Source of the DNA: Myxococcales bacterium
GTDB lineage: Bacteria > Myxococcota_A > Polyangia > Nannocystales > Nannocystaceae
Direction of reading: 5' to 3'
NCBI GenBank assembly: GCA_020633295.1
Contig: JACKDW010000006.1
Location: forward strand, 334,181 to 398,180
Length of the DNA stretch: 64,000 nt
The notes under the pieces were generated by a model, which had not been told where the DNA came from, ran no database searches, and saw only the letters and a list, made by a program, of their open reading frames with translations. A program made the position numbers and the translations under genes. Positions 29,164 to 42,491 of the stretch are shown here, piece after piece (position 1 is the first letter of the stretch; every line of letters begins with the position of its first letter).

Positions 29164-30579
29164 TCAGTGCACCGAGATCATCAGCGCGCCCTCGACCTGC
29201 GGGTCGGCGAGCTCGCGCGGCAGCTTGACCTTGAAGCTCGAGCCCGCGCCGAGCTCGCTCTCGACCGAGATCACGCCGCCGAGCATCTCGGTGAAGTGGC
29301 GCACGAGCGCGAGCCCGAGCCCGGTGCCGCCGTACTTGCGCGTCGACGACTCGTCGGCCTGGGTGAACGGCGCGAACAGGCGATCCACCTTCTCGCGCGC
29401 GATCCCGATCCCGGAGTCGCTGACGGTGAACACGAACCAGGGCGTGCCGCTCTCCATCTTGAGATCGACGCGCAGCTCGATCCGCCCCTTGTGGGTGAAC
29501 TTGCACGCGTTCGCCAGCAGGTTGAGCAGGATCTGCCGCAGCTTGCCGCGGTCGGTCTTGATCTTCCCGAGCAGCCGCGAGTACGTCAGCTTGAAGGTGT
29601 TGCGCTGGCGCATCGCCAGCGGCGTCGTCGTCTTGGCGAGCTCCTCGAGCAGCTCGCCGACCGGGAAGGTCTCGACGCGCACGTCCATCTTGCCCGCCTC
29701 GATCTTCGACAGGTCGAGGATGTCGTTGACGATCTCGAGCAGGTTCTCGGCCGACTTCCGCACGGTGTGCAGGTCGTTGCCGATGCTCTCGCGGTCGAAC
29801 TCGTCGATGCCGTCGAGGATCATGTCTGTGTAGCCGATGATCGCGTTCAGCGGCGTCCGCAGCTCGTGGCTCATGTTGGCCAAGAACGAGCTCTTCGTCC
29901 GGCTCGCCTCGATCGCCTCGGCCTCGGCGACGCGGCGCTCCTCGACCTCGCGCGTCAGCGCGGCGTTGGCCTCGGCGAGCTCGCGCGTGCGCTCCTCGAC
30001 GTGCCGCTCGAGATCGACGCGCTCGGCCCTCAGCTCCTCCTGTGACCGCTCGCGGCGCGCTGCCTCCAGGCGCAGGCGATCGAGCGTCGCGTGGGCCTCC
30101 GCGCGCTCACGCAGCGCCTGCGCGAGCACGACGCCCGCGACCAGCCCGGCCGCGACCAGCGCCACCGCCACCGCCACCGCGAACGCCGGCGACGCGCCCG
30201 CCGCGAGCGCTCCGCCGGCCGCCGCGAGCGACACGAGCACGACCACGACCGTCGTGCCGGTGGTCGACCAGCCGCCGAGCGCGGCGCACAGCACCACGGG
30301 GAGCGCGAGCTGCCACGCGTGCGCGTCTGGGCCGATCACGAGCGGCGCGGCCGCGACCACGAGCCCGCTGACCGCGTGCCGAAGCGGCTCGCCCCAGCCC
30401 GAGCCCGCGCGCGAGCCCGCGCGCGACAAGAACACGCTGGCGAGCGCGTTGACGGCGAGCAGCGGCAGGCACAGCAGCGCCGCAGCGCCGGCTCGGGGAC
30501 CCGCGAGCGCCGCGACGACGACGCACTGCGCCGTGAGCACGACCGTCGTCGTGAGAGCGATGCGCTGGGGGACATCCAT
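29164..30579 (-). CDS. Membrane-bound sensor histidine kinase (HisKA + HATPase_c), no receiver domain
   Basis: H-box MSHELRTPLNAIIGY. G-boxes DSGIGI, GGTGLGLALV. About six N-terminal TM segments. Confidence 0.85.
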   Translation of the reverse strand: MDVPQRIALTTTVVLTAQCVVVAALAGPRAGAAALLCLPLLAVNALASVFLSRAGSRAGSGWGEPLRHAVSGLVVAAAPLVIGPDAHAWQLALPVVLCAALGGWSTTGTTVVVVLVSLAAAGGALAAGASPAFAVAVAVALVAAGLVAGVVLAQALRERAEAHATLDRLRLEAARRERSQEELRAERVDLERHVEERTRELAEANAALTREVEERRVAEAEAIEASRTKSSFLANMSHELRTPLNAIIGYTDMILDGIDEFDRESIGNDLHTVRKSAENLLEIVNDILDLSKIEAGKMDVRVETFPVGELLEELAKTTTPLAMRQRNTFKLTYSRLLGKIKTDRGKLRQILLNLLANACKFTHKGRIELRVDLKMESGTPWFVFTVSDSGIGIAREKVDRLFAPFTQADESSTRKYGGTGLGLALVRHFTEMLGGVISVESELGAGSSFKVKLPRELADPQVEGALMISVH

Positions 30580-30909
30580 CCCGGGTTGACTACCCTCGCG
30601 GCCGCGGCTGGCCTCTTCGACAGACCGTGCCCAGGCTACAGCCTAGCGAATGACCGAGGTCGTTTATGCACAACGCATGACTTTCTGGCCACGTAGCTCG
30701 CGACGCGCAGGTTCGACGTCGACCTCTCGTCGGCGCGCGCTCGTTCGCTTGCCGCTACATCGACCGCGCTGGGGCGTAGCGCCACAGCGCGCCGAGGTCA
30801 CGACGCGCGCGGTGCCTGTGTTATGATCTCGTCGCTCACATTCGCGCGCTGAGTCGCCTGGTCCTGCGAGCAGGCGTGTGGAACCGTGATCTGAGCCGGC
30901 GCGGCGCGA

Positions 30910-34857
<3,948 letters not shown>

Positions 34858-34908
34858 CTTTGGCGCGCGCGCCCCGGCGCGCGCGCTCGACCGTCAGGCT
34901 CGGGGCGC

Positions 34909-35559
34909 TCAGGGGGCGAGGATGCGTCCGGGCGCGCCGTTCGCCCCCTGCTCCGTGTGACAGCTGTTGCAGTCGCCCGTCGCCTGCGGCGTGTTCATGA
35001 CGTTCTCCTGGTCGCCGCGCCTGACCTTCGCGGTGATCGGGAAGGTGATCGCGGGGCTCTCCTCGAGGTCGTAGAGGAAGTTGCCCGCCGCGTTGACGGG
35101 GAGGCTGAGCACTGCGTTGTCGGCCGTCGTGATCTCGACCGTGATCGGGCCCGCCTCGCTCGACGACCCGTTGCAGTCATCCGGCTCATGCAGGGTCGGG
35201 AACACGGTCCCGGCGATCGCTAGGCGACCGATGATGTCCTCGCCCGGCTCGGCCATGTTGTGGCACGTGAGACAGGCGCCGCCCGGGTGCATCAGCGGCG
35301 ACTCGAAGTCGCCCATGGTCCAGTACTGCTGGCTCGAGCACTGCACGCCGTCGCCGGTCGTCGCGCCGCCGCTCTCGCTCCCGCCGCCGCTGGCCGCGCT
35401 GGCGCTCCCGCTGGTGCCGGCATCGGTGCTCCCGCCGCTGTCGGTCCCGGCGTCGCTCCCGCTGGCGCTCCCGCCCCCGCTGTCACCGCAGCCCGTGGGC
35501 ACGAGGAGCGCGGCGAACAGGAGCGTCACCGCTGCCAGCCTGCGAGCGAGACAAGCCAT
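34909..35559 (-). CDS. Lipoprotein with two CxxCH motifs (putative dihaem c-type cytochrome), Gly/Ser-rich linker
   Basis: Lipobox LVPTGCG. CLTCH and CNSCH motifs. Start taken at internal ATG (MACLARRL). Confidence 0.5.
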   Translation of the reverse strand: MACLARRLAAVTLLFAALLVPTGCGDSGGGSASGSDAGTDSGGSTDAGTSGSASAASGGGSESGGATTGDGVQCSSQQYWTMGDFESPLMHPGGACLTCHNMAEPGEDIIGRLAIAGTVFPTLHEPDDCNGSSSEAGPITVEITTADNAVLSLPVNAAGNFLYDLEESPAITFPITAKVRRGDQENVMNTPQATGDCNSCHTEQGANGAPGRILAP

Positions 35560-36492
35560 GGGAGCTACATTATCCCCGGTCGGCGCGCGCGCCAAGCTGA
35601 GAGGGGTCACGCGCGCGTGCCGAGGCGAAGCTCGTGCGTACTTCTCGTCGCCCGAGCGCCGCGGACCCGTGGATCCCATCGTTCGTGACGCGTAGACCGA
35701 GCGAAGCGAGCCCCCGCAGCCCGGCGGCCCGCGAACCGACGCTCGGTCGTCCCCCGCGCGGCGACCAGGAAACGCCGACCAACGCGCATCTCCCACGCGC
35801 GCGTACATCGACCTGGGTTCGCGCCACGCGGCGCCGGCGCGACCCGCTGAGCGCGAACCGAAAACATGTCTTTTGGAACATGCAAAGTATTCCGTCAGGA
35901 GCGTCGACCGTGCGCGCGCGGGGGCTCGACGCGCTCAGGGGAGCTCGCCGCGGCGACGCGCGCGTCGCCAAGACATGTCCTAATCGCCAGATACGATGAA
36001 TCCCTACACGCGTCGCGCGAGCGCGTGTCGACAACTGGGACGCGCGGAATGTGCCAGCTCTGCGCTCCGGCCCGAAGACCGCCGCGCGCCGCCTCGTCCG
36101 CTGGGGCCGCGCGCCACGGGCCTGCGTGACACGACAATGACAGTGAGCGCCACGACGGGCTCTCGTGGGCAGGACACGCGCGCGATCGTGGCGCGACGAC
36201 ACACCGGCAAGGCTGCAGCGGCCAGCGTCGACGACGACGCAAATCTGACAGCGATCGAACAGCTCGCCGCGATCACCTCCGCAGTGTGGCGTAACAGGAC
36301 GAGGCCAATCAGCGACAGTGTGTCGATTGTTGGCGTCCGCCGCACCGCGCACGGTGTAGGCCAATCCCGCCCAAAACAGCATTGGAACGGCCGTGGCGCG
36401 CTTGCGGAATCCACGACATCCCATACAGTAATGACGTGTCGTGGACGATCGCGCGGAGGGTACCGCGCGAACCCGCGGCGGGAGCGACAGTG

Positions 36493-37431
36493 ATGACGGC
36501 GATCGGCACGCGCGTATTTGGAATTCTGACGGGGCTCGCGCTCGTGACGGGATGCGACACGCCCGACGACGATCAGTTCGTCGAGCCATCGCCGCTGCAG
36601 AACGAGGTCATCCGCACGGTCGTCGGCGGAAAAGAGCTCGTCTCGTACCGCGCGATCAAGACGAACGGTCTCTCCTTCAACGGCATCTCGTTCAACGGCA
36701 TCTCCTTCAACGGCGTCTCCTTCAACGGCCCGAATTTCGACGACTGGCACCTCAACGAGGTCCCCGACATCATCGGGCTCGAGATCGGCGCCGACGGCAC
36801 GCTCTCCGTCGTGAAGCCGAACGGGAAGCCGAAGGTCTCGAGCAGCGACAAGATCAAGGTCAAGTTCGTTCACGAGGGCGTGACCTACCAAGTCAAGATC
36901 TCGGAGCTCGAGGATGGCGTAGACCTCCAGTTCATGCGCGTCCAGTGGCGCGTGTTCGGGGACCCCGATTGGATCGACACGTGCTTCGACGTCGACAGCA
37001 ACCCGGTCAAGGCCGTGCTGCTGACCGGCGGATACGACACCACGACGGGCGATCGCACCAACAACCCCGACGAGCTGATGTGGGCCTGCCGCGGGACGTC
37101 GATCGCGAAGGCCACCGAGCTCGGCTACAGCGAGAATGACCCCCACCACGAGGCGCTGGTGCGCGCGTTTCGGGCTGACTACTGCGGCGACGGGACGGGG
37201 AACACGACGACCGGAACGCCGATCGATCTCGGGTCGAACGACGGGCTCCTGACGCACGAGACTACCTGGGCCGTCGAGGCCGCGTGGAGCAATTCAGGCG
37301 CGATCTGCCTCAACAACCCGCGCAAGACTTGGCTCGACCCGAGCACCCTGCCCTGCGAGCCCCCGCCTTGCACCGAGGAGCTGCTTGCCGATCCCGACGC
37401 GCTGATCGTCACCCGCGCGACGCCGACCTGA
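36493..37431 (+). CDS. Hypothetical lipoprotein with (S/I)FNG pentapeptide-like repeats
   Basis: Lipobox LVTGCD. LSFNGISFNGISFNGVSFNG encoded by a 15-bp x4 tandem repeat at ~36668-36729. Cys-rich C-terminal part. Confidence 0.55.
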   Translation: MTAIGTRVFGILTGLALVTGCDTPDDDQFVEPSPLQNEVIRTVVGGKELVSYRAIKTNGLSFNGISFNGISFNGVSFNGPNFDDWHLNEVPDIIGLEIGADGTLSVVKPNGKPKVSSSDKIKVKFVHEGVTYQVKISELEDGVDLQFMRVQWRVFGDPDWIDTCFDVDSNPVKAVLLTGGYDTTTGDRTNNPDELMWACRGTSIAKATELGYSENDPHHEALVRAFRADYCGDGTGNTTTGTPIDLGSNDGLLTHETTWAVEAAWSNSGAICLNNPRKTWLDPSTLPCEPPPCTEELLADPDALIVTRATPT

Positions 37432-37530
37432 GCCCACGATCGACCTCGACTGTAGCGATACGACGCAGGACCCCGCGAGCCGCCGCTCTCGGGGTCCTGG
37501 CCGTTAAGCCAGCCTTTTGGCGCCGGTCGC

Positions 37531-38838
37531 TCAGGCGAACAGCGCCATCGGCTGCTCGAGCAGGGCTCGCAGCGTGGCGAGGAACTGGGCGTTGTCGGCC
37601 CCGTCAAAGGCGCGGTGGTCGCTGCACAGCGTCACGCGCATGCGCTGCTGAATCGTCACCTGGCCGTTCTCGGGCACGCACTCGTCGACGATCGCGCCCA
37701 CGGCGAGGATGCCCCCCTCGCCCGGGTTGATCACCGCCATGAACTCCTCGACGCCGAACATGCCGAGGTTGGTCACCGTGAAGGTGCTGCCCGTCATCTC
37801 GGCGGGCTTGAGCTTGCGCTCCTTGGCCCGCGTCGCCAGGTCGCGGACCTCGAGCGCGATCGCCTTGATGCTCTTCTGCTCCGCGTGGCGCAGCACCGGC
37901 ACGATCAGGCCGTCGTCGAGCGCGACCGCGACGCCGACGTGCACGTCGCCGTACTCGACGATCCCGTCGGGGGTGTAGGTCGCGTTCACGCGCGGGTGCA
38001 CACGCAGCGCCCGCGCGACCGCCTTGAGGATGAAGTCGTTGAAGCTGACCTTGACGCCCTCCGCCTTGAGCGCGGCGTTGAGCTCCGCGCGCATGGCGAC
38101 GACCCGATCCATGCGGATCGGCATCGTGAGGTAGATGTGCGGCGCCTCGCGCTTGCTCTGGCCCATGCGCTTGACGATCGTCTTGCGCATCTGGGACAGC
38201 GCGACGCGGCGGTCCTGCTTGCTGACGTAGGGTCGGCCGTGCTCGTCGGTCTCCGACGAGATGGTGACGCCCGCAGGCGCGGCGACCTCGGCCGGCTTCG
38301 ACGGCGCGCGCGCCCCCTCCGTGATCGCGCGCTCGACATCGGCCTTGATCACGCGCCCGTGCGGGCCGGAGCCCTGGATGTCGGCCAGCGCGATACCTGC
38401 CTCTCGCGCCATCTTTCGGGCGAGCGGGGACGCGGGGATGCGGTCGCCGCCGGGCGCCGGCTCGCTCGCCTCGGGCGCCGGCGCCGGCTCGGGCTCCTCG
38501 GGGGCCTCCACCGCCTCGTCCTCGGCGCCCCCGTCGCTCGACGCGGCGCCCTCGGCCTCGCTGGGCTTGAAGGCCGCGAGCGCGGCCTCGGGGTCCTCCC
38601 CCTCCTTGCCCAGCACCGCGATCGGGGCGCCGAGCGCGAGCGTCTCGCCCTCCTCGGCCACGAGCTTGAGGACGTAGCCGGCGTCGAAGGACTCGAACTC
38701 CATCGTCGCCTTGTCGGTCTCGATCTCGGCGATGACCTGACCGCGCTTGACCTTCTCGCCAACGGCCACGCGCCACTGCGCGATGACCCCTTCTTCCATC
38801 GTGTCGGTGAGGCGGGGCAGCTCGACTACTGTTGCCAT
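37531..38838 (-). CDS. pdhC: Dihydrolipoamide acetyltransferase, E2 component of pyruvate dehydrogenase
   Basis: Lipoyl domain AEIETDKATMEFE. Ala/Pro linker. E3-binding domain. Catalytic DHRxxDG (LCSDHRAFDGA). Confidence 0.9.
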   Translation of the reverse strand: MATVVELPRLTDTMEEGVIAQWRVAVGEKVKRGQVIAEIETDKATMEFESFDAGYVLKLVAEEGETLALGAPIAVLGKEGEDPEAALAAFKPSEAEGAASSDGGAEDEAVEAPEEPEPAPAPEASEPAPGGDRIPASPLARKMAREAGIALADIQGSGPHGRVIKADVERAITEGARAPSKPAEVAAPAGVTISSETDEHGRPYVSKQDRRVALSQMRKTIVKRMGQSKREAPHIYLTMPIRMDRVVAMRAELNAALKAEGVKVSFNDFILKAVARALRVHPRVNATYTPDGIVEYGDVHVGVAVALDDGLIVPVLRHAEQKSIKAIALEVRDLATRAKERKLKPAEMTGSTFTVTNLGMFGVEEFMAVINPGEGGILAVGAIVDECVPENGQVTIQQRMRVTLCSDHRAFDGADNAQFLATLRALLEQPMALFA

Positions 38839-38913
38839 GGTGGGTGATGCTCGCTGTGGGAGTCGTCGCGCGGGGCGATGGTTCGGGGCGGAGATGCGGG
38901 GGCCGCGACCGGC

Positions 38914-39894
38914 TCAGGTCCGGTAGCAGACCTTCTTGATCGCCGCGAGCGCGCGCTCGGGCGACGGCAGCGACAGGTTCTCGAGGTTCTCGGCGTAGGC
39001 GAAGGGTACGTCCTCGTAGCACGCGCGGGCGACCGGCGCGTCGAGCCAGTCGAACGCGAGGTCCTGCACGCGCGTGGCGACCTCGGCCCCGACGCCGCCG
39101 TAGGGCCAGCCGTGATAGACGAGCGCGCAGCGGTTGGTCTTCTTGACGCTCTCGATGACCGCGGCGTCGTCGAGCGGGCGCAGGGTGCGGAGATCGATGA
39201 CCTCGGCGTCGATGCCTTCCTTCTCGGCCAGCGCGGCGGCGTCGAGCGCGACGGGGACGCCCTGCCCCCAGGTCACGACCGTGACGTCGGCGCCGGGGCG
39301 CTTGATGTCGGCCTTGCCGATCTCGATGAGGTACTCCTCCTCGGGCACCTCGCCGCGCTTGGAGTACATCAGCTCGCTCTCGAGGAAGATCACCGGGTTG
39401 TCGTCCCGGATCGCGCTCTTGAGCAGGCCCTTGGCGTCGTAGGCCGTGGCGACCGCGATGACCTTGAGCCCGGGGATGTGGGCGTAGAACGCCTCGAAGG
39501 CCTGGCTGTGGGTGGAGCCGAGCATGTGCGCGGCCGCGTTGGGCCCGCGGAACACGATCGGGACCGAGAATTGCCCGTTGGTCATGTGCCGGATCTTGCT
39601 CGCGTTGTTCAAGATCTGGTCGAAGGCCACGGCCGAGAAGTTGAAGGTCATGAACTCGATGATCGGCCGCAGGCCGCACATCGCCGCGCCGATGCCGACG
39701 CCGGCGAAGCCGGTCTCGACGATCGGCGTGTCGACCACGCGCCGCTCGCCGAACTCCTCGAGCAGCCCCTCGCTGGCCTTGTAGGCGCCGTTGTAGTGAC
39801 CGACCTCCTCGCCCATGAGGAACACGCGCTCGTCGCGCCGCATCTCCTCGCGCATGGCGTCCCGGATGGCTTCACGGATCTGAATGTTTGCCAT
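38914..39894 (-). CDS. pdhB: Pyruvate dehydrogenase E1 component, beta subunit
   Basis: Transketolase-like pyrimidine-binding domain; N-terminus MANIQIREAIRDAM...VFLMGEEVG matches E1-beta. Confidence 0.9.
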   Translation of the reverse strand: MANIQIREAIRDAMREEMRRDERVFLMGEEVGHYNGAYKASEGLLEEFGERRVVDTPIVETGFAGVGIGAAMCGLRPIIEFMTFNFSAVAFDQILNNASKIRHMTNGQFSVPIVFRGPNAAAHMLGSTHSQAFEAFYAHIPGLKVIAVATAYDAKGLLKSAIRDDNPVIFLESELMYSKRGEVPEEEYLIEIGKADIKRPGADVTVVTWGQGVPVALDAAALAEKEGIDAEVIDLRTLRPLDDAAVIESVKKTNRCALVYHGWPYGGVGAEVATRVQDLAFDWLDAPVARACYEDVPFAYAENLENLSLPSPERALAAIKKVCYRT

Positions 39895-39933
39895 GATGAC
39901 GTGGCTCCTTAGCTCTCGACGGCTCCCACAGGC

Positions 39934-40959
39934 CTACACGATGATGTTGGCGAACCGGGCCTCGGGGTCAGGCGGCGGCGACTCCTCGGCGAAGCGCATG
40001 GCCGCGTCCATCTCGCTGACGACCTCCTCGTCGATCGCCTCGAGCTCGTCCTCGGTCATGTTGTAGAGGGACTGCAGCGCGTCGATGGCCCGCTCGAGCG
40101 GGTCCTGCTTGCGCCACGCGCTGACCTCGTCCTTCTGGCGGTACTTCGCGGGATCGCTCATCGAGTGCCCGCGGAAGCGGTAGGTGATCATCTCGATCAG
40201 GGTCGGCTGCCGCCGCGCGCGCGCGCGCTCGATCGCCTCCTTGAGGCGGTCGCGCGTCTCGGTGACGCTGGTCACGCGGAAGCGGTCGGAGGCGAAGCCG
40301 TAGCCCTCGGCGCGCGCGGTGATGTCCTCGACCGGGACGGTCCGGTGCAGCGGGGTGCCCATGGAGAAGCGGTTGTTCTCGACGATGAAGACGATCGGCA
40401 GGTCCCACAGCCCCGACAGCGTCATGCCCTCGTGGACAGGTCCGATGCCGACGGCGCCGTCGCCCATGAAGCACAGCGTGACCTTGCCGTCGCCGGTGTA
40501 CTTCGACGCGAACGCGTGCCCGGCCGCGACCGGGATGTGATTGCCGACGATCGCGTAGCCGCCCCACATGCCGCGATCGCGGTCGAAGAAGTGCATCGAG
40601 CCGCCGATCCCCCCGACCAGCCCGTCCTTCTTGCCGTACAGCTCCGCCATGCACGGCCCCGGGGGCGAGCCCAGCGCGAGCGCCATGCCGTGGGTGCGAT
40701 AGGTGGAGACCACGCGATCCCCGGGCGAGATCGCCTCGGCGGTCGCCACCGCGATCGCCTCTTGCCCGATGTACAGGTGGAGGAAGCCGCTGATCTTCCC
40801 GCGCGTGTAGGCCCGCGCCGCGGTCTCCTCGAAGCGCCGGATCCGCAGCATCTCGCGGTAGTGCTTGAGCACCTCCTCCTTGTCGGGGAAGTGGCGCTTG
40901 AGGTCGTCCGACGACAGCTCGGTGGGGGGAAAATCCGGGCCTTTTGCGGGTTTGGTCAT
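39934..40959 (-). CDS. pdhA: Pyruvate dehydrogenase E1 component, alpha subunit
   Basis: TPP-binding motif GDGAVGIG...NN and YRTHGMALALG. Start at internal ATG (MTKPAKG). Confidence 0.9.
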   Translation of the reverse strand: MTKPAKGPDFPPTELSSDDLKRHFPDKEEVLKHYREMLRIRRFEETAARAYTRGKISGFLHLYIGQEAIAVATAEAISPGDRVVSTYRTHGMALALGSPPGPCMAELYGKKDGLVGGIGGSMHFFDRDRGMWGGYAIVGNHIPVAAGHAFASKYTGDGKVTLCFMGDGAVGIGPVHEGMTLSGLWDLPIVFIVENNRFSMGTPLHRTVPVEDITARAEGYGFASDRFRVTSVTETRDRLKEAIERARARRQPTLIEMITYRFRGHSMSDPAKYRQKDEVSAWRKQDPLERAIDALQSLYNMTEDELEAIDEEVVSEMDAAMRFAEESPPPDPEARFANIIV

Positions 40960-41168
40960 GGGCGGTCGGCAAAATAGCACCGGCCCGACACGCGTGGAAC
41001 CCTCGCGCACGCGCGGCGCCGAGCGCTTCTGAGCCGGCGCGCACGCGCCTGCACACGCGCGTGACGACGCGAGGCGAGCCAGCGCGCGAGGAACACCGGC
41101 TCCGTCGGCGGTGACCTCGCGGCGAGCTCCACCGTGCGCGGACGCGCTGGGGTATACCTCGCGCCATC

Positions 41169-42281
41169 ATGATGCAGACGTCGGAAACGCACCTGTCCGC
41201 AGACGTGATCGCGCCAGCCCGGATCGCGGACCAGATCCTCGGGACCGACGGCGCGGCGCCTCAGCAAAACGCGCTCGATCACGCCACGATGACGGCGTAC
41301 CTGTCGGGCGCCGCCTCGGTGTGGGACCTGATGGCCGCGGCCGATCGACTCCGACGCGCGCGCTTCGGCGACGAGGTCCACCTGTGCTCGATCGTCAACG
41401 CCAAGCGCGGCGGCTGCCCCGAGGACTGCGGGTTCTGCTCGCAATCGCGACACTTCTCGACCGGCATCAAGGCCGAGAAGTTCCTCGGCACCGACGAGAT
41501 CACGGCCGCGAGCGCCAAGGCTCGGGCCCAGGGCGCGACCGCGCTCGGCCTCGTGACGGCGACGCGCGGCATGGAGGACGAGGGCGCGGCGCTCGAGCGC
41601 ATGATCGAGGGCGTGCGAGCGGTCCGCGACGCCGGGCACACCGAGGCCCACGCGTCGCTCGGCTTCCTGAGCGCGCGCGCGCTCCAGCGGCTCAAGGACG
41701 CGGGCCTCACCGAGCTCAACCACAACCTCGAGAGCGGGCGCAGCTTCTTCTCGAAGATCGTCTCGACGCACACCTACGACGAGCGGATCGCGACGATCCG
41801 GCGCGCCAAGGAGATCGGGCTGCGGACCTGCGTCGGCGGGATCTTCGGCATGGGCGAGACGCCCTCGGATCGCGCCGAGCTGGCCATGGAGCTGCGCGCG
41901 CTCGACGTCGACGAGGTGCCGCTCAACTTCCTCGTCAGCATCGACGGCACGCGCCTCGAGCGAGTCGAGCCGCTGGCGCCGCTCGAGATGCTGCGGATCA
42001 TCGCGTGCTTCCGGCTCGCGCTGCCGCGCCAGAACATCTTCATCGCGGCCGGCCGCACCCACCTCGGGCAGCTCGTGTCGATGATGTTCGCGGCGGGCGC
42101 CTCGGGCATGATGGTCGGCGACTTCCTGACGACGCCGAACCGCACGGTCGAGGACGACCTGCGGCTGCTCGACGAGCTCGGGCTCAAGGGGCGCTCGTGC
42201 GGCGCGCCGCGCCCGGAGCTGCGACGCGAGCCGGTCGCGCTCGAGCAGCCCGTCGCGCGTCGGCTGCCGGTCGTCGCCTGA
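41169..42281 (+). CDS. bioB: Biotin synthase (radical SAM)
   Basis: CPEDCGFCSQS (CxxxCxxC radical-SAM cluster in BioB context) and NHNLES. An alternative start at ~41289 would give a typical ~330-aa BioB. Confidence 0.75.
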   Translation: MMQTSETHLSADVIAPARIADQILGTDGAAPQQNALDHATMTAYLSGAASVWDLMAAADRLRRARFGDEVHLCSIVNAKRGGCPEDCGFCSQSRHFSTGIKAEKFLGTDEITAASAKARAQGATALGLVTATRGMEDEGAALERMIEGVRAVRDAGHTEAHASLGFLSARALQRLKDAGLTELNHNLESGRSFFSKIVSTHTYDERIATIRRAKEIGLRTCVGGIFGMGETPSDRAELAMELRALDVDEVPLNFLVSIDGTRLERVEPLAPLEMLRIIACFRLALPRQNIFIAAGRTHLGQLVSMMFAAGASGMMVGDFLTTPNRTVEDDLRLLDELGLKGRSCGAPRPELRREPVALEQPVARRLPVVA

Positions 42282-42491
42282 CGGGCCGCGCGTGTTCGAC
42301 ACGTCCTTTCGGACACCTGCGACCTACGAGGCTCGGGTCGCCGAGCGGCGTGGTCTCCTCGAGCTCCCGGCTGGTGGGCGCCTGGGCGCGTGAAGAGAGC
42401 GGGGACCTCCGCGCCCGCGCTCCTGGGTCGTCGCTCGGGCGAGGCGTGGGCACCACGCGCGCGTCTCGGCTGGTATGCTCGCGTCCCGACG

